A stretch of 64,000 nt of DNA. Origin: Candidatus Sumerlaeia bacterium. GTDB lineage: Bacteria; Sumerlaeota; Sumerlaeia; SLMS01; JAHLLQ01. Below are positions 9,445 to 18,295 of the stretch, piece after piece; position 1 is the first letter of the stretch; each line of letters begins with the position of its first letter. Location of the stretch: NCBI GenBank assembly GCA_019634695.1, contig JAHCAW010000001.1, positions 48,328-112,327 on the forward strand, given 5' to 3'. The translations under genes were made by a program, and so were the position numbers. The notes beneath the pieces are model-generated. The model saw only the letters and a list, made by a program, of their open reading frames with translations. It had not been told where the DNA came from and did not search any database.

Positions 9445-10322
9445 CCGACCGGGTCCTTGTAATCACGGGCGCGACGGGTTTCGTCGGCGGGGCGCTCTGC
9501 CGGCGCTTTGCCGCGGCCGGTTGGCAGGTGCGCGCCGGCGTGCGCGACCCCGCCAGCGCCCGGTTCGACGATCCGGCGATCCGGCCGTTCCGGTGCGATC
9601 TGCCCGAGGCGCTCGATACCAAGGCCTTCCGGGGTGCCGAGGCGGTGATCCATGCGGCCTACGCCACGCAGGTGTGCTCGCCGGCCGAGGCGCGGGCGGT
9701 CAACGTGCGGGGCACGGCGCGGGTGCTGCACGCGGCGCGGCGGGCGGGCGCGCGATTCGTGTTCGTCTCATCGTGTTCGGCGCATGCAGGGGCGCAAAGC
9801 CTGTACGGGCGCAGCAAGTACGCCCTGGAGCGGCGGCTCGATCCGACGCGCGACCTGATTGTCCGGCCCGGGCTCGTGCTGGGCGGCGGCGGACTGGCCG
9901 CCCGGATGGCCGAGACCCTGCGTCGATCCCCCGTCGTGCCGCTCTTCGACGGTGGGCGCCAGCCGCTCCAGACCGTCCACATCGACGATCTGGTCGAGGC
10001 GCTGCTCCGGCTCGTGAGTGCTCAGGCGACGGGACTTGTGGTGCTGGCCGAGGCCGAGCCCCTCGCCCTGCGGGACTTCATGCGCCTGCTGGCCACCCAA
10101 GTCGGCGCCCGTCCGATCTGGCTTCCCCTTCCGAGCGGGCCGGTGCTGGCCGCCCTGGCCGTGACCGAGCGCCTCGGCCTGCGCCTGCCGATCGGCCGCG
10201 AGAACCTGCTGGGGCTGCGAGGTCTGGTGCGGCAGGACGCCGAGCTCGGAAGCCGGCTGACCGGACTGCGGATGCGCTCTGCGGCCGATTCGCTGCAACG
10301 GGGCTGGATCGGTTGCGCTTGA
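9441..10322 (+). CDS. NAD-dependent epimerase/dehydratase (extended SDR)
   Basis: Carries VLVITGATGFVGGAL (GxxGxxG) and YGRSK (YxxxK). Its start forms an ATGA overlap with the upstream gene. Confidence 0.85.
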   Translation: MTDRVLVITGATGFVGGALCRRFAAAGWQVRAGVRDPASARFDDPAIRPFRCDLPEALDTKAFRGAEAVIHAAYATQVCSPAEARAVNVRGTARVLHAARRAGARFVFVSSCSAHAGAQSLYGRSKYALERRLDPTRDLIVRPGLVLGGGGLAARMAETLRRSPVVPLFDGGRQPLQTVHIDDLVEALLRLVSAQATGLVVLAEAEPLALRDFMRLLATQVGARPIWLPLPSGPVLAALAVTERLGLRLPIGRENLLGLRGLVRQDAELGSRLTGLRMRSAADSLQRGWIGCA

Positions 10323-10393
10323 CATGGGCAATCCGCCCCCCCCACGATTCGCTTTGCCGCACCCATTTCGTGCACCAAGAAGGAGAGTGAATC

Positions 10394-11317
10394 GTGAAAC
10401 GATTTGCAGCGCTCGCAGGCGTTCTGGCCATCGCCTCGGCTTCGGTCGCCGTGGCTCAGGGACCCGTGGCGGCGAACTATGAAGCCACCCCGTTCTTTAC
10501 CGAGACCTTCGCCGGCGGCACGCCGACCGGTCTGTGGCAGCCCGATCCGGGCATGACAGTCCCGATGGTGGCGGCGACGTTCGTCACCGCGACTCCCGGC
10601 ACCATCAACGCGGCGTTCGTCACCGCCAACCCGCTGGCCACCGCCACCGGCGGCGGCGCGATGATGATGGGCAACCTCTCCTCGACGGCCGGCACGGACT
10701 TTGGCCTCAACTACATGCGCGTTGTGAACACGCTGGCCAATGGCAGCGGTCAGGACCTGAAGGGAATGACCGAGTACCGGATGGTCGCGCGGCTGTGGCT
10801 TCCTTCGGAAGCGCAGGTCGGCGGCAGTAGCGGTAGCGTCCGCTATCAGGTCGGGCCGTACGGCTACGGCGGCAGCCTGTTCCGCCCGGGCATCTGGTAC
10901 AACACCGGCAGCACGGGCCTCGGGCCGGGCTTCGGCCAGCGCGGCGATCAGGACGGCAACTCCGTCCTCGTCAGCGGTGCTCTGGCCACCGGGCGCTGGA
11001 CCAAGATGGAAGTCATGTTCATGGAAGACGGCGTGGACGCCAACCTCGTGAACATGTCGGTCGGCGTCGACACCAACGGCGACAACAACATCGACGAGAA
11101 CGACCCGAACGAGTTCTTCAGCACGGGACTGAACTTCCTCAAGACGGTCCGCGGCCTGGTCGATTTGCCTGCCACGGCGCCGGAGAACTCGCCCGCCCCG
11201 GGCATCTTCACCGTCGGCGTCGTCTCCAGCGACATCTTCCCGCTCTTCGTCGACTCCGTCGAACTCTACGCCAAGGCGACGGTCTCCAGCACCACGGGCT
11301 GGGAACTGTACAACTGA
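10394..11317 (+). CDS. Secreted hypothetical protein (307 aa)
   Basis: GTG start preceded by AAGGAGAG. The signal peptide is MKRFAALAGVLAIASASVAVAQG. The protein is Gly/Thr-rich, possibly a jelly-roll fold. Confidence 0.7.
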   Translation: MKRFAALAGVLAIASASVAVAQGPVAANYEATPFFTETFAGGTPTGLWQPDPGMTVPMVAATFVTATPGTINAAFVTANPLATATGGGAMMMGNLSSTAGTDFGLNYMRVVNTLANGSGQDLKGMTEYRMVARLWLPSEAQVGGSSGSVRYQVGPYGYGGSLFRPGIWYNTGSTGLGPGFGQRGDQDGNSVLVSGALATGRWTKMEVMFMEDGVDANLVNMSVGVDTNGDNNIDENDPNEFFSTGLNFLKTVRGLVDLPATAPENSPAPGIFTVGVVSSDIFPLFVDSVELYAKATVSSTTGWELYN

Positions 11318-11348
11318 TCGACCGATTCCGGTCGTCTGGTCGAACACC

Positions 11349-11380
11349 CGCCCCCCGCGGCCCTTGCGCCGCGGGGGGCG
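11349..11380. terminator. Bidirectional stem-loop between convergent genes
   Basis: cgccccccgcgg(c) ... (g)ccgcggggggcg forms a 12-13 bp perfect GC stem, read directly. Confidence 0.5.
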
Positions 11381-11383
11381 TTG

Positions 11384-12007
11384 TCATGGTCGGCGTGCGC
11401 GCGTGGGACTGGTGGGGGAGTCGTCGGCCTGCACGTCGGCGGTCAGCGGCGGCGGCACAAGGAACAGGCGTTCGACCTCCTCGCGGCGCACATCGACTTC
11501 GGCGATCACGTCGCGGGTGAGGTCGGCCGCCGCCGTGCCGAACAGCACGTTCTCGCCGCGCAGTACGATGTCGATACCCTCGCGGCGGGCGACGTCGGCG
11601 ACGACGTCGTGGATGAGTTCCATCAGCGGCTCGAGTTGGCGCTCGCGGATGCGGCGCTCGCGGTCGTAGGCCTGCGCCTGGCGGTCGAGTTCGGCGGCCA
11701 GCGCCTGATACTCCTCGCGGCGCTGGCTGGTGCCGTCGGACGACAGCAGCACGCGCTGGCGTTCGTACTCGGCGCGGAAGCGGGCCAGCTCGGCGCTGCG
11801 CTCCTCGATGCGCTCGCCCAGGCGGGCCAGTTCGGCGTCGGCCTGTTCGAGCGTCTCGCGCACCGCCACGCTCCCCGGCACGATGCGGTCCATGTCCACG
11901 AACGCCACCCGCATGCAGGGCGCGCGTTCCTCCTCGGCCAGCGACGGCGACAACGCCAGTCCCGTCGCCACTGCCACCGCGAACAGCCGGGCACGAACCT
12001 TCAGCAC
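11384..12007 (-). CDS. OmpH/Skp-family periplasmic chaperone
   Basis: GTG start with a GGAGGAG RBS. The signal peptide VLKVRARLFAVAVATGLALSPSLA is followed by a long charged coiled-coil (ELARLGERIEERSAELARFRAEYERQR). Confidence 0.7.
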   Translation of the reverse strand: MLKVRARLFAVAVATGLALSPSLAEEERAPCMRVAFVDMDRIVPGSVAVRETLEQADAELARLGERIEERSAELARFRAEYERQRVLLSSDGTSQRREEYQALAAELDRQAQAYDRERRIRERQLEPLMELIHDVVADVARREGIDIVLRGENVLFGTAAADLTRDVIAEVDVRREEVERLFLVPPPLTADVQADDSPTSPTRARRP

Positions 12008-12033
12008 GTCGCTCCTCCCGCGCCGTCCGCGGC

Positions 12034-13572
12034 TCACACGTAGCTGTGCAGGCCGGGCAGCAGGTAGTTGACTCCGAAGTAGGTGAACAGCACCGACACG
12101 AACCCGACGATCGCGACGATCGCCGCGCGGCGACCGCTCCAGCCCGCAAGGTAGCGCACGTGCAGATAGATCGCGTAGACGAGCCATGTGATCGCCGACC
12201 AGGTTTCCTTCGGGTCGAAGCCCCACGGGCGTCCCCATGCCGTCGCGGCCCACACGGCGCCGAAGATGATCCCGATCGTCAGCAGCGGGAAGCCGACGCC
12301 GATGATGCGATAGTTGAAGACGTCCATCGCGCGCAGGGTCGGCAGGCGGCGCGCCAGCAGGCCCGCGCCCTCGTCGCCGCCCAGCACGTACGACTTCACG
12401 AGATACAGGCCGGCGACGAAGAACGACAGCGCGAAGGCCGAGTAGCTGAGCATGATCGTCACGACGTGGTACGTCAGCCAGCTCGACTGGAGCGCCGGCA
12501 TGAGCGGGCGGATCTGGCTGTCGAAGATCGGCGCCTTGTGCGCGATCACCATGAAGATGAAGCCCAGGATCGCGGCGCCGAGCCCGACGGCGCGCACCAG
12601 TTTCATGGCCTCGAGGATCAGCGCGACGAGCACCATGCCGGCGATGGCGAAGGTGAAGGATTCGTACATGTTGGACAGCGGCGCGCGTCCGCCCAGCATC
12701 CAGCGCGCGACGATGCCGACGAGCTGCTCGACGAAGCCCAGCGACAGCAGGACGAACCCGATGCGGTTCCAGCGCTCGCGCGCCATCATCAGCGCCGCGC
12801 CGTAGACGAGCGCCGCGAGCAGGCAGAACATCGCGGACTTCTGGAAGGGCTTGTGCGTGTGGTAGAAGAGGTCGAGCTTCATGCGGCTGGTGGAGATGCC
12901 GTGGCCGAGCGCTGCGAGCTCGACGGCCTGCACGAGTTCGCGGGCGGCCTGGGTGCCGGCGGCGGCGTCGTCGGTCGCCAGGGCCCGCCGCAGCGCGCTC
13001 CACTGCTCGACGATGCGCTCGTCGAGCGAGTCGAGGTTGCCTTCGCGGGCGGCCTCGTCGGCGTCGAGCCACGTGCCCTCGCGCGGCACGATGGCGAACT
13101 CGCCGGCGACGTTCTCGATCAGGCCGGCGCGGTACTCGATGCTGTTGAGCACCTTGAGCCACTTGTCCTGGTCCTCGTGCAGCAGCGCCACGAGCGCGTC
13201 GCGGTATTGCATGTCGCGCCACTGGGCGACGGAGACGCGCGGCGCGTCGTAGAGGCGGACGAGCTCGGGGTGCGAGAGCTTGATGAGCGGCGCGTGCGCG
13301 CCCGCGTGCGGGTTGCGCATGAGGCCGAGCATCGTCTCGAGCGGCTCGCGCCCCTCGATGCGCGGGCGGCCGGCGATCGCCGAGATGTAGCTCTCGGAGA
13401 ACGTGTGCCCCGCGCGCACGAAGCCGGTGTCCTGCACCGGCAGGCGACGCAGCGCCGTCACCGCCTCGCGCCACTCGGGGCCAAGTCCCAGCGTGGCCGG
13501 CTGCGCGGAGGCGCCCGAGGCAAACAATACTGCCAGAATCAGTGCGACAAGGTGCGTGAACGTCGATTTCAT
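12034..13572 (-). CDS. ccsA: Cytochrome c biogenesis System II protein CcsA/ResC with an N-terminal periplasmic extension of about 230 aa
   Basis: Carries the Trp-rich heme-handling motif WGRPWGFDPKETWSAITWLVY and multiple TM helices. It follows ccsB with a 4-nt overlap. Confidence 0.9.
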   Translation of the reverse strand: MKSTFTHLVALILAVLFASGASAQPATLGLGPEWREAVTALRRLPVQDTGFVRAGHTFSESYISAIAGRPRIEGREPLETMLGLMRNPHAGAHAPLIKLSHPELVRLYDAPRVSVAQWRDMQYRDALVALLHEDQDKWLKVLNSIEYRAGLIENVAGEFAIVPREGTWLDADEAAREGNLDSLDERIVEQWSALRRALATDDAAAGTQAARELVQAVELAALGHGISTSRMKLDLFYHTHKPFQKSAMFCLLAALVYGAALMMARERWNRIGFVLLSLGFVEQLVGIVARWMLGGRAPLSNMYESFTFAIAGMVLVALILEAMKLVRAVGLGAAILGFIFMVIAHKAPIFDSQIRPLMPALQSSWLTYHVVTIMLSYSAFALSFFVAGLYLVKSYVLGGDEGAGLLARRLPTLRAMDVFNYRIIGVGFPLLTIGIIFGAVWAATAWGRPWGFDPKETWSAITWLVYAIYLHVRYLAGWSGRRAAIVAIVGFVSVLFTYFGVNYLLPGLHSYV

Positions 13573-15320
13573 TGCTCAGCCTCCTGAGGGGTGGGGGCGG
13601 GCGCGACGGCGTCGATGGCGGCGGTCGTCGTGCGGTCGAACTCTTCGGACGGGTGGCGATAGTGCGCCGCCACGAGCAGCTCCTGCGACTTGTCGTCGAC
13701 CAGGAACCAGACGTCGCGTCGGCGGACGAAGAAGCCCATATACAATCCGATCATCATCAGCGTGCAGCCGGCGTAGATGGTGGGGATGATCGGATTGCGC
13801 GTCAGCGACAGGACGGTGGCGTAGGCGGGGACGCGCGGGCCGGCGCGGACGATCCAGCCCGGCTCCTGCGCGGCCGCGGCCAGCGCCGCCTCCTCCGCTT
13901 CGTCTTCCGTCGGTTCGTTCGTGGCCAGCATCGCCTTCTCGCCCAGGCCCAGCACCACGCGCCCGAGCAGCACGTTGTCGTGTCCGTCCGTCACCTCGAC
14001 GACGAACACCGGCCCGTCGTCGGTCAGGTCGAAGTCGACCAGCTCCATGCGGAAGTGCGCGTCGGTCGCATGCGAGAAGCTCTTCATGTCGGCGCGATGG
14101 AACAGCCACTGGCGAGCGGCCGGCGCGCCGTCGCTCAGCAACGTGACGCGCACCGCGGGATTGTTCGGCTCGGTGGAGCGACTCGTCGCCTGCCGATCCG
14201 CGCCCATCACAAAGTCGGGCTCGTAGCGATCGACGAGCACCTCGAGTTCCGAGCCATGGCTGTGCGCCGCGCCCAGCGAACCCGCACCCACCTCGACGCC
14301 GCCCTGCATCACGCGCCAGCGCATCGCCGCGTCCACCGACAGCGTGTGCCCGGGCATCCCCGGCAACGCGCGCGTCTGGCCAAGGGTCATTTGCAGCACG
14401 ATCGGCGCGGACGATCCCGGCGGCGTCACCTCGACCTCGTGCCGCGCCACGCCCTGCATCTCTTGGTAACTCGTCTGGTGGGCCCGCCAGCCCAGCAGCC
14501 GCGGCGAGTGATTCACCTCGACCGGCCCCGCGTAGATCGGCTGCGTGCCGCGCGTCGCCGTGATCTGCGAAATGTAGTGCGACGGAATCCGCGTGCGCGG
14601 GAAGAAGCCCGTGTCGAAGTCGTCGATCGTGATCGTGAAGCCCAGCGGCACCTCGGCATTCGTGCCGCGCATCCGCATCGTCGTCGTCGATCCACCCTCG
14701 ATCACCTGGATGTAGCCCTCCTTCGCCACCCAACTGGCGACGAAGCCGGCCAGCAGCACGACGATCAGCCCGACGTGCGACACCGGCGCGCCCCAGCGCC
14801 CCAGCCACCCGCTGCGCGCCATCCCGGCGTTGCCCTCGACCTTGACCTCGAAGCCCCGGCGCCGAAACGACTCGGCCACCTCGGCGACACCACCGGTGTA
14901 TTGCCGGCGCATCGCCAGCGACGCCGCGCGGAAGAACGCCGGCTGGTCGTGCACCCGCAGCGTCCGCGACGGCAGCAACTTCTGAATGATGTTCTGCGTC
15001 GTCGCGCAGCCCATGTTGACGGCCAGCGCCAGCAGCAGCAGCTTGAACCACCAGGTATAGTAGATGACTGCCTGCGCCCGTTCGAGCGGATCGATGAGCG
15101 TGCCGACGATCGAGGCGATCGTCAGGATCACCAGCAGGACAATGCCGACCTTGAGGGAGAAGAACCACTTCCACGGCGACCGATACCAGATGCGGTCGGC
15201 GTCGACGGCTTGGCCGTTGCCGTTTGTTGGCAGGGGTGTCTGGCGCCGGCGGCGTTCGGGACGCGCCGGGGCCTGAGTGACGGGTTCGCTCGCAAGGGGG
15301 GGAGGAGGGGCGGCGCTCAT
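13569..15320 (-). CDS. ccsB: Cytochrome c biogenesis System II protein CcsB/ResB
   Basis: The segment WYRSPWKWFFSLKVGIVLLVILTIASIVGTLI plus a large periplasmic domain and C-terminal TM helices fit ResB. The start was chosen at MSAAPPPP. Confidence 0.9.
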   Translation of the reverse strand: MSAAPPPPLASEPVTQAPARPERRRRQTPLPTNGNGQAVDADRIWYRSPWKWFFSLKVGIVLLVILTIASIVGTLIDPLERAQAVIYYTWWFKLLLLALAVNMGCATTQNIIQKLLPSRTLRVHDQPAFFRAASLAMRRQYTGGVAEVAESFRRRGFEVKVEGNAGMARSGWLGRWGAPVSHVGLIVVLLAGFVASWVAKEGYIQVIEGGSTTTMRMRGTNAEVPLGFTITIDDFDTGFFPRTRIPSHYISQITATRGTQPIYAGPVEVNHSPRLLGWRAHQTSYQEMQGVARHEVEVTPPGSSAPIVLQMTLGQTRALPGMPGHTLSVDAAMRWRVMQGGVEVGAGSLGAAHSHGSELEVLVDRYEPDFVMGADRQATSRSTEPNNPAVRVTLLSDGAPAARQWLFHRADMKSFSHATDAHFRMELVDFDLTDDGPVFVVEVTDGHDNVLLGRVVLGLGEKAMLATNEPTEDEAEEAALAAAAQEPGWIVRAGPRVPAYATVLSLTRNPIIPTIYAGCTLMMIGLYMGFFVRRRDVWFLVDDKSQELLVAAHYRHPSEEFDRTTTAAIDAVAPAPTPQEAEQ

Positions 15321-15512
15321 GCACAAGGCTTCCGGGAGGGAGTCACGACCTGCGCCGGAAAGAGCAAGGACCGAACCCGGACCTGTCTTGTCTGTTTCTC
15401 CCGTCGCGCCGGGGTGTTTGCGTCGCGTGCCGCTGGATTTCGGACAACCGCGCAGCGCGCGATCGGAGGCGTCGCGCACGTCATTGGAACTGGCTTGTTT
15501 AGCGCCTCGCGG

Positions 15513-16571
15513 CTAGCGGCGGTAGTCGCGTTCGCGGTGACAGGGTGTGGCGCAGGTGCCCCCCGTCTCGGTGACGTCGAATCGCAGCTCACCCTCCCAG
15601 GCGCCGAAGGTAATCGAGGATCGAATCAGGTGTGGCGTGTCAGTCGCATGGGCAGTGTGACAGACGTGGCACGCTCGCCCGCGCTTGAGCTGCAGGACGT
15701 GGACGCGATGGAGGTTGTCGCGGCCGTTGCGGAACCGCGTGGCGGCGCCGGCCGGATGTGCTTCGACCAGGGACGGCTCGTGGCATTGCCAGCACAGCCC
15801 ATAGTTCTCGCGGCGGTAGGTCTCATAGGCACCGGTCGGGTAATTGTCCTTCAGAAGGCTCGGCTGCATCGACCCATGCGGCGTGTGACAGGCGTGGCAC
15901 AGTGCCTCGCGCAGCGGTGGATGCACGACGGCCAGCTCGCGGATTTCGCGGCCGACGTTTTCCAGACGGCGACCGTGCGACTGGATCGCCATGTCGTGGC
16001 AGGTGAGGCAGGTCTCTCCCAGATTGGCGCGCATGTAGCCGGAGCCGGCGCCCTGATGCGCATGGTGACAGGAGCCGCATTCGCCGGCCGGATCGAAGTG
16101 CCCGTGACGATGCGGGCGTTCGGCGGCACGGGCCAGGTCTTCGGCGTGGCACTCGGCGCAGGAAGTCAGGTGCTGCTCGGTGCGCAGCAGATTGCGGACG
16201 GTGCTGCGATGGGGCTCGTGACAGGAGGTGCAGGACTGGGCGCCGGGCGGGTGCGCGACGTGGTTCCCGGCGACTTCGATGTCGGTGTGACAGGCAAGGC
16301 ACACTTGGGGCTGTGGCTTGGTGATCGGGGCCTTGGAATCGGGCGCATGGTCGCCGTGGCAGCGGTCGCACCACTGCTCGAGGAAGGCGGGGTGATCGAT
16401 GGCGCCGGGCTGGCGCGGCGGTGTCGGATGACAGTCGCTGGCCGTGCAGGACTTGTTGTAATGCGTGTCGTTGGGGGCGCCGACGCCGCTGCGGGCAAGG
16501 CCCAGGGCGCCGATGGCGGCGGCCAGCACCAGCACGACGGCGCGCTTGCGCGGCCCGGCGGGGGTCTTCAT
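15513..16571 (-). CDS. Periplasmic multiheme cytochrome c with 11 motifs (9 CXXCH + N-terminal CX4CH + C-terminal CX3CH)
   Basis: Start at MKTPAG with a strong GGAGGGAGGGAGGAG RBS and a signal peptide. Motifs are CTASDCH, CDRCH, CLACH, CTSCH, CAECH, CGSCH, CLTCH, CHACH, CWQCH, CHVCH and CATPCH. It is a paralog of 31054..32391. Confidence 0.9.
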   Translation of the reverse strand: MKTPAGPRKRAVVLVLAAAIGALGLARSGVGAPNDTHYNKSCTASDCHPTPPRQPGAIDHPAFLEQWCDRCHGDHAPDSKAPITKPQPQVCLACHTDIEVAGNHVAHPPGAQSCTSCHEPHRSTVRNLLRTEQHLTSCAECHAEDLARAAERPHRHGHFDPAGECGSCHHAHQGAGSGYMRANLGETCLTCHDMAIQSHGRRLENVGREIRELAVVHPPLREALCHACHTPHGSMQPSLLKDNYPTGAYETYRRENYGLCWQCHEPSLVEAHPAGAATRFRNGRDNLHRVHVLQLKRGRACHVCHTAHATDTPHLIRSSITFGAWEGELRFDVTETGGTCATPCHRERDYRR

Positions 16572-16708
16572 CTCCTCCCTCCCTCCTCGGGGGAACCCTT
16601 CTTGCTCCTTGGGGGAGGCAAGCGGGTCCACGTCCGGTCAGTCCCCGTTCTTGTAGCAAGCCGCTCTCCATCGGGCGCGAACGGGGTCCACCCAAGGAAG
16701 GTCACGTG

Positions 16709-18289
16709 ATGAGCGAGAATCCCTCTGCCCCGTCCGCGAGCGCGCCGACTCCGGCGCCGCCGCCGTTGTCGCGCAACCTGATCAGCTATCTCGGCTGGGT
16801 CGTCGTGGTCGTCGTGACGGTGCTGATTGTCGTGTTGGTCACGTCGGACATCCTGTTCCATCGGGAGAATCCGTACAACAGCGTCGTGACGTATCTGGTG
16901 CTGCCGGGCGTGCTGGGCGGCGGCGTGGGGTTGATTCTGCTGGGGGTTCTGGTGGAATGGTATCGCCGGCATCGGCGGGAACCGGGCACGTACCCGACGT
17001 TGCCGACGATCGATCTGAACCTGCACTGGCAACGCCGTCGCCTGATGATCGGGGCGGTGCTGATGAGTCTGTTCTTCGGTGGCTCGGCCATCGGCGTCTA
17101 CCAGTCGTACCACTATACCGAGTCGCCCGAATTCTGCGGGCTCGTCTGCCATAGTGTGATGAAGCCCGAGTACGAAGCCTACCAGCACTCGCCTCACGCG
17201 CGGGTTCTGTGCACGGAGTGTCACATTGGCGGCGGGGCCGATTGGTACGTGAAGTCGAAGATGTCGGGGCTGCGGCAGGTTGTGGCGATGGTGACACAGA
17301 GCTACGAGCTGCCGATCAAGACGCCGGTGCACAACCTGCGGCCGGCGCGCGACACATGCGAGGAGTGCCACTGGCCTGGCAAGTTCAGCGGTTCGAGGGA
17401 GCGGGAGATCTGGCACTTCTCGCCGGACCAGTCGAACACGGCGTTGCGGTACAACCTGCTGATGAAGGTCGGCGGCGGCGAACCCGAGGTCGGCCAGGGT
17501 CACGGCATTCACTGGCACATCAGCTCGGCGGTGACGGTGCGCTACTGGCCGCGCGACGAGCAGCGGCTCGACATCCCGTGGGTCGAGGTCACGGTCGCCG
17601 ACGGCGCCCCGCGCATCTTCCGCTCGCCGGACTTCGCCGGTCAGGATCCCCCGGAGACCGAAATCCGCACGATGGACTGCATCGACTGCCACAACCGGCC
17701 GGCGCACATCTACAAGTCCCCGCGCCACCTGGTGGACCAGTCGCTGGCCGGCGGGCTGCTCGACTCCTCGTTGCCCTACGTTCGGCGCCAGGCGGTGCGG
17801 GTGCTCGAGGCGCGCCACGCCTCGACCGAAGAGGCCCTGGCCGCCATCGAAGCCGACTTCCGCGCCCAGTACGCGACCCGCATGCAGGGCGAAAAGGGAC
17901 GCGAACTCGTCGAGAGCAACATCGCCTGGCTTCAGCGCCTCTACGAGCGCAACTTCTTCCCCGAGCAGAAGGTCGACTGGCGCACCTACCCCAACCACCT
18001 CGGCCACTTCGAGTTCCCCGGCTGCTATCGCTGCCATGACGACAAGCACGCCACCGTCACCGGCGAGACCATCTCCAACAACTGCAACCTCTGCCACGAC
18101 ATGATCGATCAGGCCGAGGGCGAGGCGGCCTACCGCGCGTCCACCTACCACGCCGCCCCGTTCAATCACCCGCGCGGGCTCGGCGACGTCTGGATCGGCC
18201 GCAACTGCACCGACTGCCATGGGCTCGAAGGCGAGCCGCTCCGCGAAGTCACCCACCTGTCCTCCGGATCCCATCCCCCCGCCCGGTAA
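16709..18289 (+). CDS. ImcH-like inner-membrane multiheme cytochrome (3 TM helices, NapC/NirT-like region, 7 heme motifs)
   Basis: RBS AAGGAAGG. There are three N-terminal hydrophobic helices, followed by EFCGLVCH (CX3CH), CTECH, CEECH, CIDCH, CYRCH, CNLCH and CTDCH. Confidence 0.8.
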   Translation: MSENPSAPSASAPTPAPPPLSRNLISYLGWVVVVVVTVLIVVLVTSDILFHRENPYNSVVTYLVLPGVLGGGVGLILLGVLVEWYRRHRREPGTYPTLPTIDLNLHWQRRRLMIGAVLMSLFFGGSAIGVYQSYHYTESPEFCGLVCHSVMKPEYEAYQHSPHARVLCTECHIGGGADWYVKSKMSGLRQVVAMVTQSYELPIKTPVHNLRPARDTCEECHWPGKFSGSREREIWHFSPDQSNTALRYNLLMKVGGGEPEVGQGHGIHWHISSAVTVRYWPRDEQRLDIPWVEVTVADGAPRIFRSPDFAGQDPPETEIRTMDCIDCHNRPAHIYKSPRHLVDQSLAGGLLDSSLPYVRRQAVRVLEARHASTEEALAAIEADFRAQYATRMQGEKGRELVESNIAWLQRLYERNFFPEQKVDWRTYPNHLGHFEFPGCYRCHDDKHATVTGETISNNCNLCHDMIDQAEGEAAYRASTYHAAPFNHPRGLGDVWIGRNCTDCHGLEGEPLREVTHLSSGSHPPAR

Positions 18290-18295
18290 GCCGCC

